From Paragordius varius (lineage: Eukaryota > Animalia > Nematomorpha): DNA of 64,000 nucleotides. The stretch spans positions 2,356,001-2,420,000 of the forward strand of contig OZ176055.1 of NCBI GenBank assembly GCA_964247055.1. The letters are read 5' to 3'. The notes under the pieces were generated by a model. That model was not told the DNA's origin. It did no database searches and saw only the letters and a program-made list of their open reading frames with translations. Shown in pieces: positions 25,639 to 39,232 of the stretch. A program made the translations under genes and the position numbers. Positions within the stretch are counted from its first letter, which is position 1. Each line of letters starts with the position of its first letter.

Positions 25639-27689
25639 TCTATATATTTATAAAAATGGAAAGTAATGGCTTTGTGATCTGTTTCCGAAAAACCGGTAGA
25701 CCCCTTCAAATCCAAATGTCGAAAAAACATAATCATTAATGAATGCTCCGACAATAGCTTCGCCCTTTTTTTGAATTAGGTCCCCAGTTCGGGCCCATCC
25801 CGTGTAAAAAACGGGATTTTTTGGAAAAATAAGTCCAAAATCGTGTCTTTGAGACATTTTTCCGGAAAACGTGTGGGACCATTCGATTTCAAATATGATT
25901 TTATTTACTTTTTTCGATTGCGCCGAACATAGTCGGCTCGCTTTCCCTCTTTTTACCCGCTTCCCCCGTAAAATGCCACTTTTTTCAAAAAACCATAAAT
26001 TGAATCTATTTTTCGCCCAAGGTATGAGACCGTAAATATTTAATGAGGATTCTAGGCATAAATTTTAGTCGTGCGTTTTTTTAATGATAGCTGCTGGGTG
26101 ATACCCGCTAATAACTGACCCGTCATATCGAAATAGCGTGCCTTTGGGGTTAAATTTCAGAAAACCTATCAGGCCATATGAGTTCAATAGCTGCTTATAG
26201 TATTACCCGTAACAGGGCAAAAATTTAGATCGTGATGTTTTTAAAATTAGCCGTTAAGGCCCTTCACGCCCTGAAAAATGCGCCACCATAGTATAATTTT
26301 TTAATTTTGGGGCAATTTTTCCAAAAACTAATGAGAGCATATGGAATCAATCATCCGTAAAAAGGCATTAATCAAGCGCTTTTTTTTGTATCAGCCTCTG
26401 GGTAGGGAGCTATCCGGCTAAAACTGCGCCACCATATTAAAATCGCGTTGTTTAGGAGTTAATTTTCAGAAAACTTATCAGGCCATATAAGTTTTATAAG
26501 AGCCTGAAACATAACCCGTAATAAGGCAAAATTTAAGTGACGGTTTTTTTAAATTAGCGGTTAAATAGGCCATTTACGCCCTAAAAAATGCGCTATCATT
26601 GAAATATTATTTAGTTTTGAAGCCATTCTTCCATAAATTATTAAGAACATATGGAATGAATGATGATTCCAGGTATACCGATAGAAAGGCAAAAAATATT
26701 ATCGAACGTCTTTTTTATATTAGGCTCTGAGTAGGGGGCTACCTGCCTGCAACTGCGCCACCATATCGATACAGCATGCCTTTGGAGCCAAATTTCAGAA
26801 AACCTATAAAACTATGTGAGTTCAATAAAAACTTAAAATATTTATTACCCCTTAAAAAACCAATATTTTATAGGGGGTCATTTCAATGAATCAAGAAAAG
26901 ATTTACGTCCTGAAAAACACGCCGCCATATAACAATTTTTTGATTTTGAAGCAATATTTCCAAGAACTTCCAGGAACATATGGACATTATAATTCCAGAT
27001 ATTCCCCATATAAAGACAAAAATTGTGCTTGACGCTTTTTTGTACCTTCCTCTGGGTAAGAAACTACCCTCCAAAAACTGCGCCACTATATTAAAATTGC
27101 GTTGTTTTGGAACTAATTAGAAAATTTATGCCATATGAGCTCATTTAAATATTACCCGTAACTAGGTAAAAAAGGTGAGGCCTTTTATTAGCCGTTAATT
27201 TGTGGCCTTTATGCGAAATACGCCATCATATAATGATTATTTAGTGTTAGGGTATTTTTTCGAATAACCCATGAAACAATGGTCTCAAAGATGATTTCAA
27301 ATATTTTCCCTATAAAGACAAAAAATTTTACTTAGCGCTTTTTCCATATAAGCCTATGGGTAGGGGTCTACCGGTTTAAAACTAAGACGCCATACAAAAA
27401 TGGCGTGGCTTTGCTAATTTTCAAAAAATTTAAGAAGCCATACGAATTCAAAAAAGGCTTTAAATATTACCCATAAAAGGGAAAAATTATAGTATAACTG
27501 TTTTTTCCGTTAGCCGTCATTTTGGGGCCTTTACACCAGTAAACAGTATATTAGTATGAAAGCACCGTTTTGAAATCCTGAGATCATAGCTATTAAATAA
27601 TGTTTCGAAATAATCCACATATATGGATCATTTTATTAATCCTCTTTTTCAAATAGCCCCCCAAAAGTCCAGCACGAGATTTACGCTAG
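25639..27689 (+). mobile_element. Non-autonomous Helitron, copy 2 (2051 bp)
   Basis: A|TCTATATATTTATAAAAAT ... GAGATTTACGCTAG|T. The left arm of the 3' hairpin is deleted. About five internal units of roughly 320 bp. Confidence 0.9.
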
Positions 27690-29827
27690 TTTAATAATAA
27701 ATTTTCGTTAGAATCATCTAATTTCTGCAAATCACTACAAAACATAATTATGTTGGCATCAAAATACTCTAAAACCTTTAATTCAGCCGAATCCATGAAG
27801 GATAAGGACTTAAATTGTATCAGAACTTGTGGTTTAGAAAAGTTATGAACGGGGTTCTTTTGACACACCAGACACGCAATGTAAGACTCCGCCACCCTAC
27901 GTGTCATACCATCAGGATTTTGTATTAATTTTAATGATGTTCAATATTTTATGTCTATCCGAGTTTTTCTCAAGAGGATGTGGATAGTAATTATTCGGCT
28001 CAACTTATGCATAATTATGTATTTCGAAATCATAAACTTTGATTTTAAATCAAAGAAATACTTTTCCCAAGTTTTTATATATGACAGGCCTACTAAATTT
28101 TTCAGGCCCGGTTATAAAGCATTATGTAATATTATTATTACATATATATATATGCTTTTATTCGGTCGTCAGAATTGGTGAGTTGACCCTTTTTATTTTG
28201 TGCGAACTCATTTGACTTTTGTTAGGATTTTTTTCTGCATAAACTTTTTTGTGCCGACCAATAATTGGCTGTTAAATGTCCGATTTAAATTTTTTTATGC
28301 AGTTTACCGCAAAAAGAGATTTGTCTATATATAATCTCAATTAATATAGCGATACATAATTTTTTTTTATATCCCATTCATTAAATCACATTTTAACACA
28401 ATTGAAGCGCATTTTAAGATATTTAGAAATATACAAAGTAGGTCGAACCAGATCGTAAAAGTGGAATTGGAAAAGTTCGTGGACGGTTGGAACCGGAATG
28501 GGGTCGCTAAGTATTTAAAAATGAAACCGGGGTAATTTTTTACAAAAATAATAGGGTTGGTTCCATTCCACAATGTTAGCTTTTTGTATTTATTCAAGAA
28601 CACCTACTCGTTTTAATGCGTTACAGATATTTAAAACTCTATGGTTCAGATAAATTTATAATATAAATTGTTTTGCCTTTCATATATAAAAACAATGATT
28701 ACCGCACCCACGGGTAGATTAAGGCCGTCTAACTGATTTTTACGGCTATAAATATAAAAATATTAAAACTTCATATGGTTAGGTTACATTAGCGGTATAT
28801 ATTGCGGCATACAACACAATATTATGATGAATTTAGTGCCACTATGATAAACAAGAATTTGCTAATTTTTATAATTTTATGGTCAGAGCCAGGCTTTCGA
28901 TAATATTATTTGTATATTTAAAAGGGTCCGCGAAATTTTTTTGGTGAGTATCACTGCATTATAATACTAACAAAGAGGCCACCAATCCTAATCAAAATAC
29001 AAATTTCTAATATTTCCACTAATAAAGTAAACTTAAATTTTATGTAGCAAAATCAAATTATGGGATTACTCATAAAATTTTATTCAAACCTAATAGTTTC
29101 CTATCTTACAATAAACTACAACCATATATGGACTTTACCAATTATTTTTGCCTTGTCCTTGATATTTTAAGACAAATTTTACATGTTACTGCCCTTAAAA
29201 TTTCTTTTTCATCCAATATAAGTTATATTTCTTATAAATTTTTGGTATTTCCGGATATTACACCACTATACATATTATAAAAATCTTTATTTTATATATT
29301 TAGCAATAATATATAAACTGAAAAAGTATTTGAAATGATGTTCATATGTCCTTCAATAGAGATTTGGGTTGGAGACGTAAAAGGAGTGTTAAATATATAA
29401 TATAATGAATCCATTTTAAATGTTTACAGTGTAAATTGGTAAGTAAAAAAATTTAAAATGACTACATATCTTATTTTTTTAATATAAATGGCAAACATAT
29501 GTCACAAATTGACATTAGTTACTCTTAAAAAATTATATTGGCCACTTAAAATATTTTATGTACTTTTCAATGCATTGTTTAATAACTGAAGGCAAATAGA
29601 TAGAAAAATAAGTGCATGGGCTCTACCATTTTTCAGCTAAAAACATTTTTTCATCCAAAACGAATATTTTTTTGACCAAACACACCATTTATTAAAGCAA
29701 AAACAACATTTTTTTTATATTAAAGATATATTTTTTTTATTTAATGACAATTTATTATTAAATATTCATTTAATTTTATTGAAATGAATAGTTCAAATTT
29801 AGCGTTGAACTATGGATCTTTTTATTA

Positions 29828-32278
29828 CACTAGACAACAATTTTTTCTGCCACTCGAGTTTTTTGCATTTTCTCATATTTACTATCATTTTAACAGTTAA
29901 TCTGAAATAAAAATTATAAATTTTGCGCCCTCTTTATACCATTTTCACTTCAAGAGTTTGGCTGAACACTTCAAGTTGGTCCTTGAAGACTTCAAGTTGG
30001 TCTTAGAACAGTTCAAGTTGGTCCTTGAACACTTCATTGTCTTTGGACAGTTCAAGTTGGTCCTTAAAATTTTTAAATTTTTTATAGCCATAATTTTATT
30101 ATGATTTTTTTATTTTATAATTTTTTAACCTAATTTTCTTCATTTATTATTATTTGTTCATTAAAAAAAATTTTTTTTATTGAAAAACCACCTTTTTGTT
30201 TCAAACTAATTTTTTAATTGAACAAAATAATTAACTTTTAAATGTTTTTAATGGAAAATTGTAATTAATAACCCACTTATATATTTTTTTATTTCGTGTT
30301 AAAATCTAAATATCCAAAATTATTATAAGAAATTAATAAAGATATACGGTTTCTCAAAGATTAAAAGTTGATATCGATTTTAAATTATGTTAAATAATAG
30401 AAAATAGGTTAAAAACAATAAAATAGATGAATTATTTACGATTTGATTGTTAAAATTAAAAACAAAACAAAAAAGTCAAAAAACCAACTTGAAATGTTCA
30501 AGGACCTTGAACTGTTCAAGCACGCAAATTGAATTGTTCAAGGAAACTCTTGAAGTGGAAATGATATATCAAAATCTTACTAAAAAATGTTCTTTGAAAT
30601 TAACAAATATGCCCATTTGTAATATATTATTCGAAACAGTAATGAAAACTTTATAAAATGTATACTAATGTTTCACATCGATATAATATTAGACAGGTGA
30701 CAAACGCACAAAGCGAGAGCACTTTTCTTAATAATATATTTTTTAAAACTAATGAATGAAATTAGCAGAAACTTTGTGTAGATGGTAATTAATGACTAAA
30801 AAGATAACACAAGAAAGTTTTTGATTAAAACACTTATTTATTGCTTTTATGTCATTCATAAGATCCATTTTTAAGTTTTTTTAAAAAAAGCAAACCAAAA
30901 GCTTTTTTAAAAATTTTATAATCCCAATAATTATATTGAATATCTTATATGATTATTAAATTAGTTTGTCTGGAAATTCTTCGACTTTATTAAGGTAAAC
31001 CCAAATAACTTATACATCAGATTGTTTTAAATGACTAACTTCCATTCAAAAGATAGTTTGTCGCGGTCTTTCGATTGATATATACATGGCTCTATATCTA
31101 AAATGTTTGAAAATTAATGTTAAACAGAGGCCAATTTCAATGAACCTTGAATAACACTAGACAACAAATTTTAACTTTTTTTAACTGCCATTCTTGTAAA
31201 TTTAAAATTTATTTCATTAAAGTACATTATTAGTATATCTGAAGAGAAAATTGGTCTTACATGGAAGAATTTTTTTATATTAGAGTTTATCGATAATTTT
31301 TGGCCCCGATTTAACATTAAACTCGAAATTTCGAAAATTTAAAGTTTTAGATATGAAGCCATGTATTATATATCATTCGAAAGAGCGTAAAAAACTGCAT
31401 CTTTTAAATAGTAGTAAGTCATTTAAATCCATCGGATGTAAAACTTATTTGGATTTAAATGGTCAAAATTTTCAATCCTTAAATAAGCCAAGAATTTTCG
31501 CAGACAAACTAATTTGAAAATCATATAAATTATTTTAATATAATTATTAGGGTTATATTAGTATTTAATTTAAAAAAAATGTTTGGAAAAGCTTTTGGTT
31601 TGCTTTTTTAATAAAAATTATTGTTATCATAAATATTTTACCTAGTGGATACTAAAATGCATAGTTATAACTATAAATTTATTACATAATGGCTATAAAA
31701 GATTAAAAATACCTTAAACGTTGTTTTCATCTTTAAATTTTCGAAATTATCAGCCTTGTAAAGAAAATATATTAATATTGATGAGATGGTAATTTTTAAA
31801 AAACAAAAAACTTAAAAATGGCTGTTTGGAGTGACATAAAAGCAATAAAAAGTGTTTTAATCAAAAAAACTTTCTTGCGTTATCTTTTTTGGACATTCAT
31901 CTCTATTTAAACAAAGTTTGAGCTATTTTCATCCATTAGTTTTAAAAATATAATAATTGAAAAAAATGCTCTTGCTTCGCGCGTTTGTCGCTCTTTGTGT
32001 CCAATATTAACTGTCGATGTAATACATATTAGTATACATTTTATATAGTTTTTAATACTCTTTCGAATGATATAATACAAATGCGCATTACTTGTATATT
32101 TTCAAAGAAAAACATTTTTTAGTAAAATTTTGATAAAGAGGGCGCATAATCAAAAAAATTAAATTATAAAAAATTCTTCCAACGAGTTATAATTTTTATT
32201 TCGGATTTACTGTTAAAATGATATTAAATATCAAAAAATGCAAAAAACTCGAGTGGCAGAAAAATTTGTTGTCTAGTG
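29828..32278. mobile_element. 2.45 kb fold-back element with CACTAG termini and arms reaching almost to the centre
   Basis: TA|CACTAGACAACAA ... TTGTTGTCTAGTG|TA. Segments 29828-29936 and 30567-31140 are reverse complements of about 31290-32278. Confidence 0.8.
29937..30566. mobile_element. TACCATTT-family MITE (subfamily A, 630 bp) inserted in the left arm of the fold-back
   Basis: The filled site CTCTT-TA-[TACC...AAATGATA]-TA-TCAAAA corresponds to the empty site CTCTT-TA-TCAAAA in the opposite arm (about 32128-32140). Confidence 0.9.
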
Positions 32279-34511
32279 TAAATCTTGTAAGAACAATTTT
32301 TATTCAGACACAATGTACTTTAAAGAAATAAATCTTATAATCAAAAGAATAATTTAAAAAAGTCAAAATTTGTTTTCTAGTATCAATATTTTAGGGTAAA
32401 CTGATTATCCATTTTTTAGTCAAAAGCAACATTTGTTCAACTAAACGCAGCCTGAAAAATGGTAAAAAAATTACTAATTTAACCGTTTTTTATTGATATA
32501 TATACTTAATAAAATATTGACCCAAATTTTTAATTGTATAATCCAAAAAACTCAATATTTTTCGAAAAGTGTAAACGCGAAAATGAAGGCAAAAAAGGTT
32601 GATATGGGACTTTTTCCAAAAATAAACCATATATTTAAGCCTATTTTTTAAAAAAAATAAAAATATGAATTTAGACCTAGCAGTTATTCATAAATATCCA
32701 GTTACCCAATTTCGAAAGGTTTCATCATTGTAATAAATACACTAAATATCTGTTGAGAAAATAATAAATTATGCAAAATTTAAATATCAAATGCATCTGA
32801 TTTATTGCTGTTAATCATGGTAAGAATATTATGAACCTTTCTTATAGGTAACTAACCCTGATATTCTCCAAAATAAAAGGTTGATGATATAGCTTTTAAA
32901 GCCCGTTAGGATATATCCCTTCGCCGTAGACTTAAATCTACAAAAGGATTATAAGATGTGAATATTATTATCATTTTAACCTTCTAAGTTCCCAAACACT
33001 TTAAAACTATGTGTTTGAATATAGGTGTAGTATTTTGTAAGAAATAAAACACCCATTTCTATTTCCGCCAAGCTCTACACACTAGTTTTCAGGCAAATTC
33101 ATGTTCATTATCGCTTTCTTTTTCAACAAAATGCCGCGCCTGTAACCCCGGATGCCACGCGAGGAGATGCAAGTCGATCTAATACAATCAAAAGCAAAAA
33201 CACACCAAGCTTGGGCCAATTTTTACTAAAATATATTAAAAAACACTAACACATTTCGAACCCAAACAAAAGTAAAATCAATACGAAAAACATTCGCCCT
33301 CCTTACACATGCTAGCGAATATAACGACAATAAAAAAATAAACAAAATAACAAAAATACACATAATTTCTCCCAAATCCATCAAATATCATGTTTCCTCA
33401 TATGAATCGGGTGAGATACTGGGCCACAAGAATGCAATGGTTGGAATAAAACAAGATCCCAATGGCACATTGAGAGGTGGAAGACGATATCATTGGAGCA
33501 AAGAATCAGCAACGATCTAAACGGCATACATTTGACGAAAAACGACTACCTCAATCGAAGTTGGCTTATGCGGATAAAAGATTTTAAATTTTAGATGTAT
33601 AAACGTCAATTTATGGTGTTTAAAAGTTAATTTAACTGTAGAGGATATTGAAAATCATCAGAAAAACATCTTACCATTGACAAATATGAATAACAATCTA
33701 CACACCATTGAGGAAAATCCTACTATTTTAAATATGTATTAACTTAATTTTTAAAATCCCATGGAAATTAAAAGTCAAGGTGTAGACTTATAAGACGCAT
33801 ATAAGTTTTTCCAAAAACCTTAAACGTTAATCCACATTATATTAGGGTTAATTTTGGATTCTTTCCTTGTTAAAGGTGAGGATAAAGTTAATCGTCGGAA
33901 GTATGACTCCAAAAAAATTAAAACGCATGTTGTTCCAAATTTTTGTGATAAAATGTAAGTGCTATGTGAGAAAGGAAAAAGTAGAACATCCAACATGATC
34001 TGCCCATAAAACAAATATTATGTAAAATAATAAATAGTAATCGATTTATTTAAACATGATTTTTAAGATATTGATAAAACAAAAATAAAAAGCACAAAAA
34101 CTACCTAGAATTTAAATCCAGTATAGTTAGTTATTGTCCCTCCTAACACTAAATTAAATCCCTTAAAATCCAAAGACAGGTATATGGTTATAGGAATAAA
34201 GAATATTTAACGAATGAGAGATTTGGGTGTATAGGTATACAAGATCCAACCAAAATGAATGCACATAAAGTATCAAGAAGTGTAGTATGAATATGGATAT
34301 ATATAAGGATAGGTCCTATCCATACTATAATTATAATAGATATATATGAAACATTTGCATATATAGAAAAAAGCATCATATATAAAATGAAAAATTAACA
34401 TCAATAGATTAAATATGTGTAAAAGTGCTTATTTTGGTGATATAAAAGATGTATGCAGATATATATGTATAGTATACATCCATCTAATCGGCTGCCTAAA
34501 TGCTATTGGGC

Positions 34512-35790
34512 CTAATAGGGGGAGCGACTACGAGATCGTGATGGGGAAGAAGCACCATCACGTGATCGTCTGGCTGGCGAATAGGAAGGTGAAGCACGTG
34601 ACCCGCCTCTCCCACCACCAGGTGGACTTCGGCTCCGAGATCGTCTGTCACCATGGCTTCGGGAACGAGACCTTGAAACACGTCCATTGGAATCATCCTT
34701 TACACGAATGTAAGTGGTTTCGCCCTATAAATGAATGTATTTTTATTGTTTAATAAAAATTTTATTATTTTGAAATAAAATTCCTCATAAAATAGAACTT
34801 TCCGTGAATATAAAGTTTCTTTAAAATACAATTGTGAAAGTCTATTTTAATTTAACAAAATTTATATTTTAAACAAAAAAGTTCATTTTTTAAATAAACT
34901 TGTAATTTTCACCTGATTTAATCATTGAAAAATTAAAATCTTAAGTTTGAAAGAGCATAAATTAGATTACCTCGTGTGAAGTAAATTTGGTGTCATCCAA
35001 TTTCTTTAGTGCATATTTAAGAGCATCGGTGGTTGTATACTCAACAACACCTGACCCATCCTTAAAAACATCAGCGTAAACGACGTCTCCAGCTTCGCGC
35101 ATATGATCTTTCAAGTCTTGCCAGCTACCGCTTGAGGGAAGACCTTAATTAAAATAGATATATGATATAAAATAAAGAATGTTATCATGATACCTAATCA
35201 CCAATGTTAGATTCTGTGATGTTTGCAGATATCAATTATGAATCAAAAAATAATTATTTTAAAAACAAATTAGCAGATAATATTATAATAAGATAAGATT
35301 ATAGATATATTATTAAATAACCTGTTATCAAAACTCTGTATCCAGTGCGGCGACCAGGATTGCCCATTCCACCTCTTCCACCGCGCCCGTATGATCCACG
35401 ACCACCACCCCCTCCTCCACCACCATAGCCACCGCCTCCACCTCGGTTATCACGGCCCCCTCCACCACGATTACCACCTCGAGGAAATTCAACGCGTAAG
35501 CGATAGCCATCATAGTTATAACCGTCTTTTGAACGTACCGCATCTTCGGCATCTCTACAAGACGTTTAAATATTAAATTTAATTATATGATTTATTATTT
35601 ATAATACACCACGAATTGTATACCTGGAATCATCAAATTCAACAAATGCAAAGGGAGGTCCTTTACGATTCTTCAGATCAATATTTAAAATTTTTCCATA
35701 TTTATAGAATATATCTTCAATATCTTTGCTACGAATATCTGGAGGCAAATTTCCAATATAAATGCGAGCATCATTTTGACGATAGGACAT
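34512..35790 (-). CDS. SRSF1: SR splicing factor of the SRSF1/SRSF9 (ASF/SF2) type, 261 aa; exons 35790-35624, 35554-35322, 35143-34971, 34724-34512
   Basis: RRM1 [11 protein letters not shown]...PPFAFVEF, Gly linker, pseudo-RRM with the [15 protein letters not shown] signature, and an RS tail. Phases are consistent (786 nt). Confidence 0.95.
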
Positions 35791-37399
35791 GGCGCTTCAA
35801 GATTGATAATGTGCACAATTGATACAAGCAAAATAAAAATGAATTGTATATTTATTTAGAAAAAATATGCGATAATGTAGGACCAGAACATTTTTAATTT
35901 ATTTTAAAATTCCAAATTAAAAAGCCGATATAGAGCATACAATTTAATATATAATTTATGCTCACCACACTTTTAAGGGTTTTAAATAGGCATGACCTTA
36001 TTATTTATCGTTTAGTTTAACAGTTTAAAATTTTTTGAGGTAACATTATACCATCTAAAATTAATACATATTTTTGGCATTAGGCCAAATTTAAAATTTT
36101 TTTAACATTTAAGGCGCATGTTGTTTAAAAAATATATTGTGAATAACCTCATCTCAAACTGTTTCGTGGCTCTTCATTAATTTTTAGCATATGAATACAA
36201 CACACACATAAATGTATATTACACTGCGTACAAAATCGGTGCGTATAAAAAAACTTGTTGATTCTTTATATATCGAGAGAAAAATGTGTTGGGATTATCA
36301 TGGTGAATGCTTTTATTTTGGCACTTATTAAGGATTTAAGGGAGTTATTCACACTTTGTGGTAATTGCCCATGTCAAAAAATGGAAAACTTTGGAGATTT
36401 TTATTAAATAATTTTTTTGGTAAAAGCCAGAGGCATCAATCCAAACATCACCAAAATATATCATAACTACACATAAAATGCAAAAAAATATTTTTAAAAA
36501 ATTAATTTTCAGATGTGAGCCTTTTTAAGGGTTAGTTCCCTAAAATACTCGCAAAAATGGTGTATGAAAATTCCACAATAAAAATTGATTTTAAATGTAA
36601 AACAAATTTCAAATATTTTTTTTAAAAACAGCCATATATTTAACTTGGTACTTTTATAAGCGACTTCTAAATTAAGGAATAGACATGTCAATTGGTAACT
36701 CAATCTATTATTTAATAAGTTTTTGTAAGTAATAACAGTTTAACACTCTATACTATTAGGGTTAATTACAAAGCAATATAAATTTTGAATATTTTATAAA
36801 GCATTTAGGCATTAAACCGAATTTAAAAATATGCTTTCATAAGCCTTTTAGGCACGTTTTAGAAAATTTTTCCAAAAAAATTGTAAATTTCATATTTTTT
36901 GCTGCCATTTTTTAAATTTTATTTAGCGCGAATGAATATATCTAATGAGAAAATGTAAATATTAATTTAAAATTTCAGGGACATTTTACTAGCATAAATC
37001 GGATATATTTTTATAATATCAATTGTTCGTTTTTGTGTTTTCGGGCTGTCCCAATTTTATTTTCAAACTGTTTCACATTTACATATTTAGCTCTGATTAT
37101 AAAACTGCCCATAAGGTAAAATAAACAAAAAAATAAAAAAATAATGAAGGTTTATAATATTTGTTTGGCTTCAAATTTAAGTTAAATATAAATTGTCTTT
37201 TACGAAACATGAAATTATTAAAAAAACGAACCTTTAAATTATAATTCAGAGCGATATAAATTTTCGGCATCATTTATTTATATAGAAAAAGTGTTTTTAT
37301 AATGTGTTGTTGTTTCCATTGTGACTCAAAATAGTATAAGGTACGCTTCATATAAATTTTGTTAAAAATTAAATTTTTGAAAAAAGTATGCATTTTTTG

Positions 37400-38350
37400 A
37401 ATAATATTTTTGGTTAATTTCAAAATTTAGCATATATTTAGATTAATCGTGCAATCCAAAAATTATTTATTTTAAGAGAACTAGCTTATTAAAAAGACCG
37501 AAAAAATTTGGGACTTTTGGGCCCACATCTAAATTAAAATGTTTTGAAGATATTGTTTCACTACTATATCTAGTTATGATATTAGTGATATTTGAAATGA
37601 AGCGTTAGCTCTGACCAAAAAATTTTGTTTACAGAGTGCACTAATTTTCCCTCTGAAGCACTTACCACAAAAGCGTAAATAACTTAAATAATTCGTAAGC
37701 GCTAAAAAGAACCATGATAGTCCCGATGTATTTTCCTATCAGAATTTATATATTTCACCAGGGTGGACATTGTGGATTGATTCAAAAATAAATCGACTGA
37801 TAAATTATAAAGATTCAAATCGATATATTGATCTTAAGGTTCGCCATCGTATTTGCAAATTCGGGAGCTAAAAGAAAAAAAGTAAAAAAGGAGTGTGATA
37901 ATTATTTTAACCAAAAAAAACTTTCAAAACAGTAGTTTGTTTGCCATTTTAAGCCAAAACTACCCCAAAACGTCATTGCGGACAAAAAATGTAATGAAGT
38001 GTTAGGTATTAAAAGGGCTCTTTACATTCTTTCATGCAATAATTACCTCAAAATCTTTTATAAAAATTTTATTATTTTGGCGGCAGGGTTTTTTTTCGCG
38101 TAAAGGCATTTTGTTTATTATAAGAGGAAAAGCCCATTTAGAAGGAAAATTTGGGATTGGACACATCTAAAATTGAAATAGTATTTATATTTTTGGAATA
38201 AAGCTCAACTTTCACCAAAATTTAAATTACCTAAATGGCAAATATTGCCATTTTTTGATATGGATTAATTACCACTGAACTTTCTCAAATCACTCGTTAA
38301 GGGCCAAAACCAAATGCACCATCATACATTATACTATTAGAAATATATAT
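37400..38350. repeat. Old dispersed repeat family (boundaries approximate)
   Basis: Motifs TTGGGACTTTTGGGCCCACATCTAAA and ACCATGATA(A/G)TCC recur at about 15650-15860 (reverse), 18130-18350, 37510-37730, 38150-38320, 46990 and 59790-59860. Confidence 0.6.
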
Positions 38351-39232
38351 ATTAATTTTCATCCATATATATTTTTTAAACACTTTGTATATCAGGGCCA
38401 TTGGTACTTTTGGTTTCTGGATTTACGAGTGACATTTAAAATTGAAAGAGCGACGATAGCATAATTTAAAATATTTAATCCCTTCTTTTCCTTATATTTT
38501 AGAGCCTACTGTAATAATGGTGGTTTAAGATTCAATTTCTCTTTTAAAAATTGGTTTGAAAATAATTGGAAATAAATATTAGGACGTTCCCAATCCTACC
38601 CATCGTCAGCTGTACACTATCCATCGTCGTATAAGAGACTTTTACAAGTCCCCGATCCTATCCATTGTCAGCAATATAAGAGGAGAAAATTTTACAAGTC
38701 CCAGATCATATTCATCATCAAAATAAAAGATTCGATAAATATAGTTTTAATTAAGGTATTACAATGCCCAAAAGCTTGAATGAATGGATGGTAAAAATTA
38801 ATGGGCTCTGATACGTTTATAAACATAGTGAGGCTTGAAAGCGTGGTATAAAAAAGGCGTTTAGTGAATAACTCAAGCGCATAGCTCAATTTAGATATTG
38901 AACTATCTTCGTCTAATGTTACATTTTAAATTCTGTGAGAGTTCTCATTCCAAGTATACCATTTCCCAATCAAAATATGTTTTCCCAGTTAATAGAAACA
39001 TTTCCCAATCAATTGAAACATTTTCCCAATAAATTAAAACTTTTTCCCACTCGATCAAAACATTTTCTCAGTCAATTAAAACGTTTTCCCAGTCAATCGA
39101 ATGATTTTCTCAATCAATAAAACATTTTCCCCATCATTAAAAACGTTTTCCCAGTCAATAAAAACGGTTTTATGTTTGATGATAAATATTAAAACAAGAT
39201 ATAAAAATAATTTTTAACCATTATCAGCGTAA

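Noticed and set aside
33120-33185. HDV-like ribozyme (minus-strand CTCCTCGCGTGGCATCCGGGG resembles the L3/P3 region)
   Set aside because: I could not find a P1 5' strand pairing with GCATCC, nor a J4/2 segment with the catalytic C.
34415-34753. His-rich ORFs 34415-34753, 35391-35576 and alternative-frame ORFs 34496-34696, 35328-35552, 35616-35822
   Set aside because: They are antisense or off-frame shadows of the Gly/RS-rich SRSF exons.
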